Assembly (NCBI RefSeq): GCF_000195855.1
Contig: NC_002677.1
Span: forward strand, 2,940,001-2,972,000
DNA from: Mycobacterium leprae TN
GTDB taxonomy: Bacteria > Actinomycetota > Actinomycetes > Mycobacteriales > Mycobacteriaceae
Direction: 5' to 3'
Length of the DNA: 32,000 nt
The number at the start of each line of letters is the position of its first letter. Positions within the stretch are counted from its first letter, which is position 1. Position numbers and translations under genes: made by a program. The notes below the pieces were generated by a model. The model was not told the origin of the DNA. It searched no databases and saw only the letters and a program-made list of their open reading frames with translations. Below, piece by piece: positions 31,570 through 32,000 of the stretch.

Positions 31570-32000
31570 TTGGACTCCCGTTCGTCGTCGACCACCTCCG
31601 CGTCAACCACATCGTCAGTAGAGTTCGAGCCACCAGGCGCGGAAGCCTCGCCGCCCACCTTCGACGCAGCCTGGGTGGCCTCATAGATCGCCTGCCCCAG
31701 TGCCTGGGAGTCCTGACCCAGCTTCTCCATTGCCGACTTTATCGCGGAAATGTCGGTACCGCCAAGCGCCGTCTTAGCTTCTGCCACAGCGGCTTCCACC
31801 TTGTTGAGGGTATCCTCAGGCACCCTCGAACCATTCTCGGTTTCCCGTTGTTCCTTGACGAATTTCTCCGTCTGGTACACGAGCGTCTCAGCCTGGTTGC
31901 GGACGTCGGCCTCCTCGCGACGCTTGCGGTCCTCCTCAGCGTGCGCCTCAGCATCCTTGACCATCCGATCGATCTCTTCCTTGGACAGCCCGGAGCCTTC
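31566..32000 (-). CDS. dnaK: Chaperone DnaK, C-terminal part only (continues beyond window)
   Basis: Frame open to the window edge: '[53 protein letters not shown]...'; stop overlaps the grpE start by 4 nt. Confidence 0.97.
   Translation of the reverse strand, partial: EGSGLSKEEIDRMVKDAEAHAEEDRKRREEADVRNQAETLVYQTEKFVKEQRETENGSRVPEDTLNKVEAAVAEAKTALGGTDISAIKSAMEKLGQDSQALGQAIYEATQAASKVGGEASAPGGSNSTDDVVDAEVVDDERESK

Noticed and set aside
29809-31684. ORFs antisense to dnaJ/grpE/dnaK (30036..30623, 30265..30762, 31240..31686 and others)
   Set aside because: Same artefact; the opposite strand carries unmistakable chaperone genes.
1-32000. Search for defence islands, BGCs, retrons, prophage modules
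   Set aside because: No reverse transcriptase, nuclease/helicase clusters, NRPS/PKS or phage structural signatures were visible; the accessory-looking stretches are decayed host genes and repeats.

Overview
The window looks like a strongly decayed (reductive) mycobacterial chromosome segment, almost certainly Mycobacterium leprae. It carries the RLEP repeat with recognisable diagnostic PCR primer sites, and a few intact genes sit in a field of frameshifted relics. Apparently intact CDS: a short-chain Z-prenyl diphosphate synthase (Rv1086-like), tyrA, a tRNA adenosine deaminase-associated protein, tadA, a TrmH/SpoU-type RNA methyltransferase, pyrE, an Rv0383c-like protein, clpB, a secreted proline-rich DUF4185-like protein, hspR, dnaJ, grpE, and the 3' end of dnaK (runs off the right edge). 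There is one tRNA-Ser(CGA). Relics I could reconstruct by reading across frames: hemolysin-III family protein, a DUF2304-like membrane protein, an Rv3755c-like gene, a YbjQ-family gene, a PE-like fragment, an IS630-family transposase, a VapBC-like toxin-antitoxin pair, a remnant of the carbon-monoxide-dehydrogenase accessory cluster (VWA/CoxE, CoxG, MocA-like, XdhC/CoxI, LysR) with the structural coxLSM genes missing, and a short-chain dehydrogenase. Regulatory and structural highlights: a HAIR-like inverted repeat overlapping an ECF (SigH/SigE-type) promoter-like sequence upstream of clpB, a 23-bp x3 tandem repeat, a 21-bp x2 repeat, and a (TA)n microsatellite in a palindrome. The syntenic blocks are scrambled relative to M. 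tuberculosis, with an RLEP element and an IS630 relic lying in two of the junction zones. I found no convincing novel defence or mobile system.
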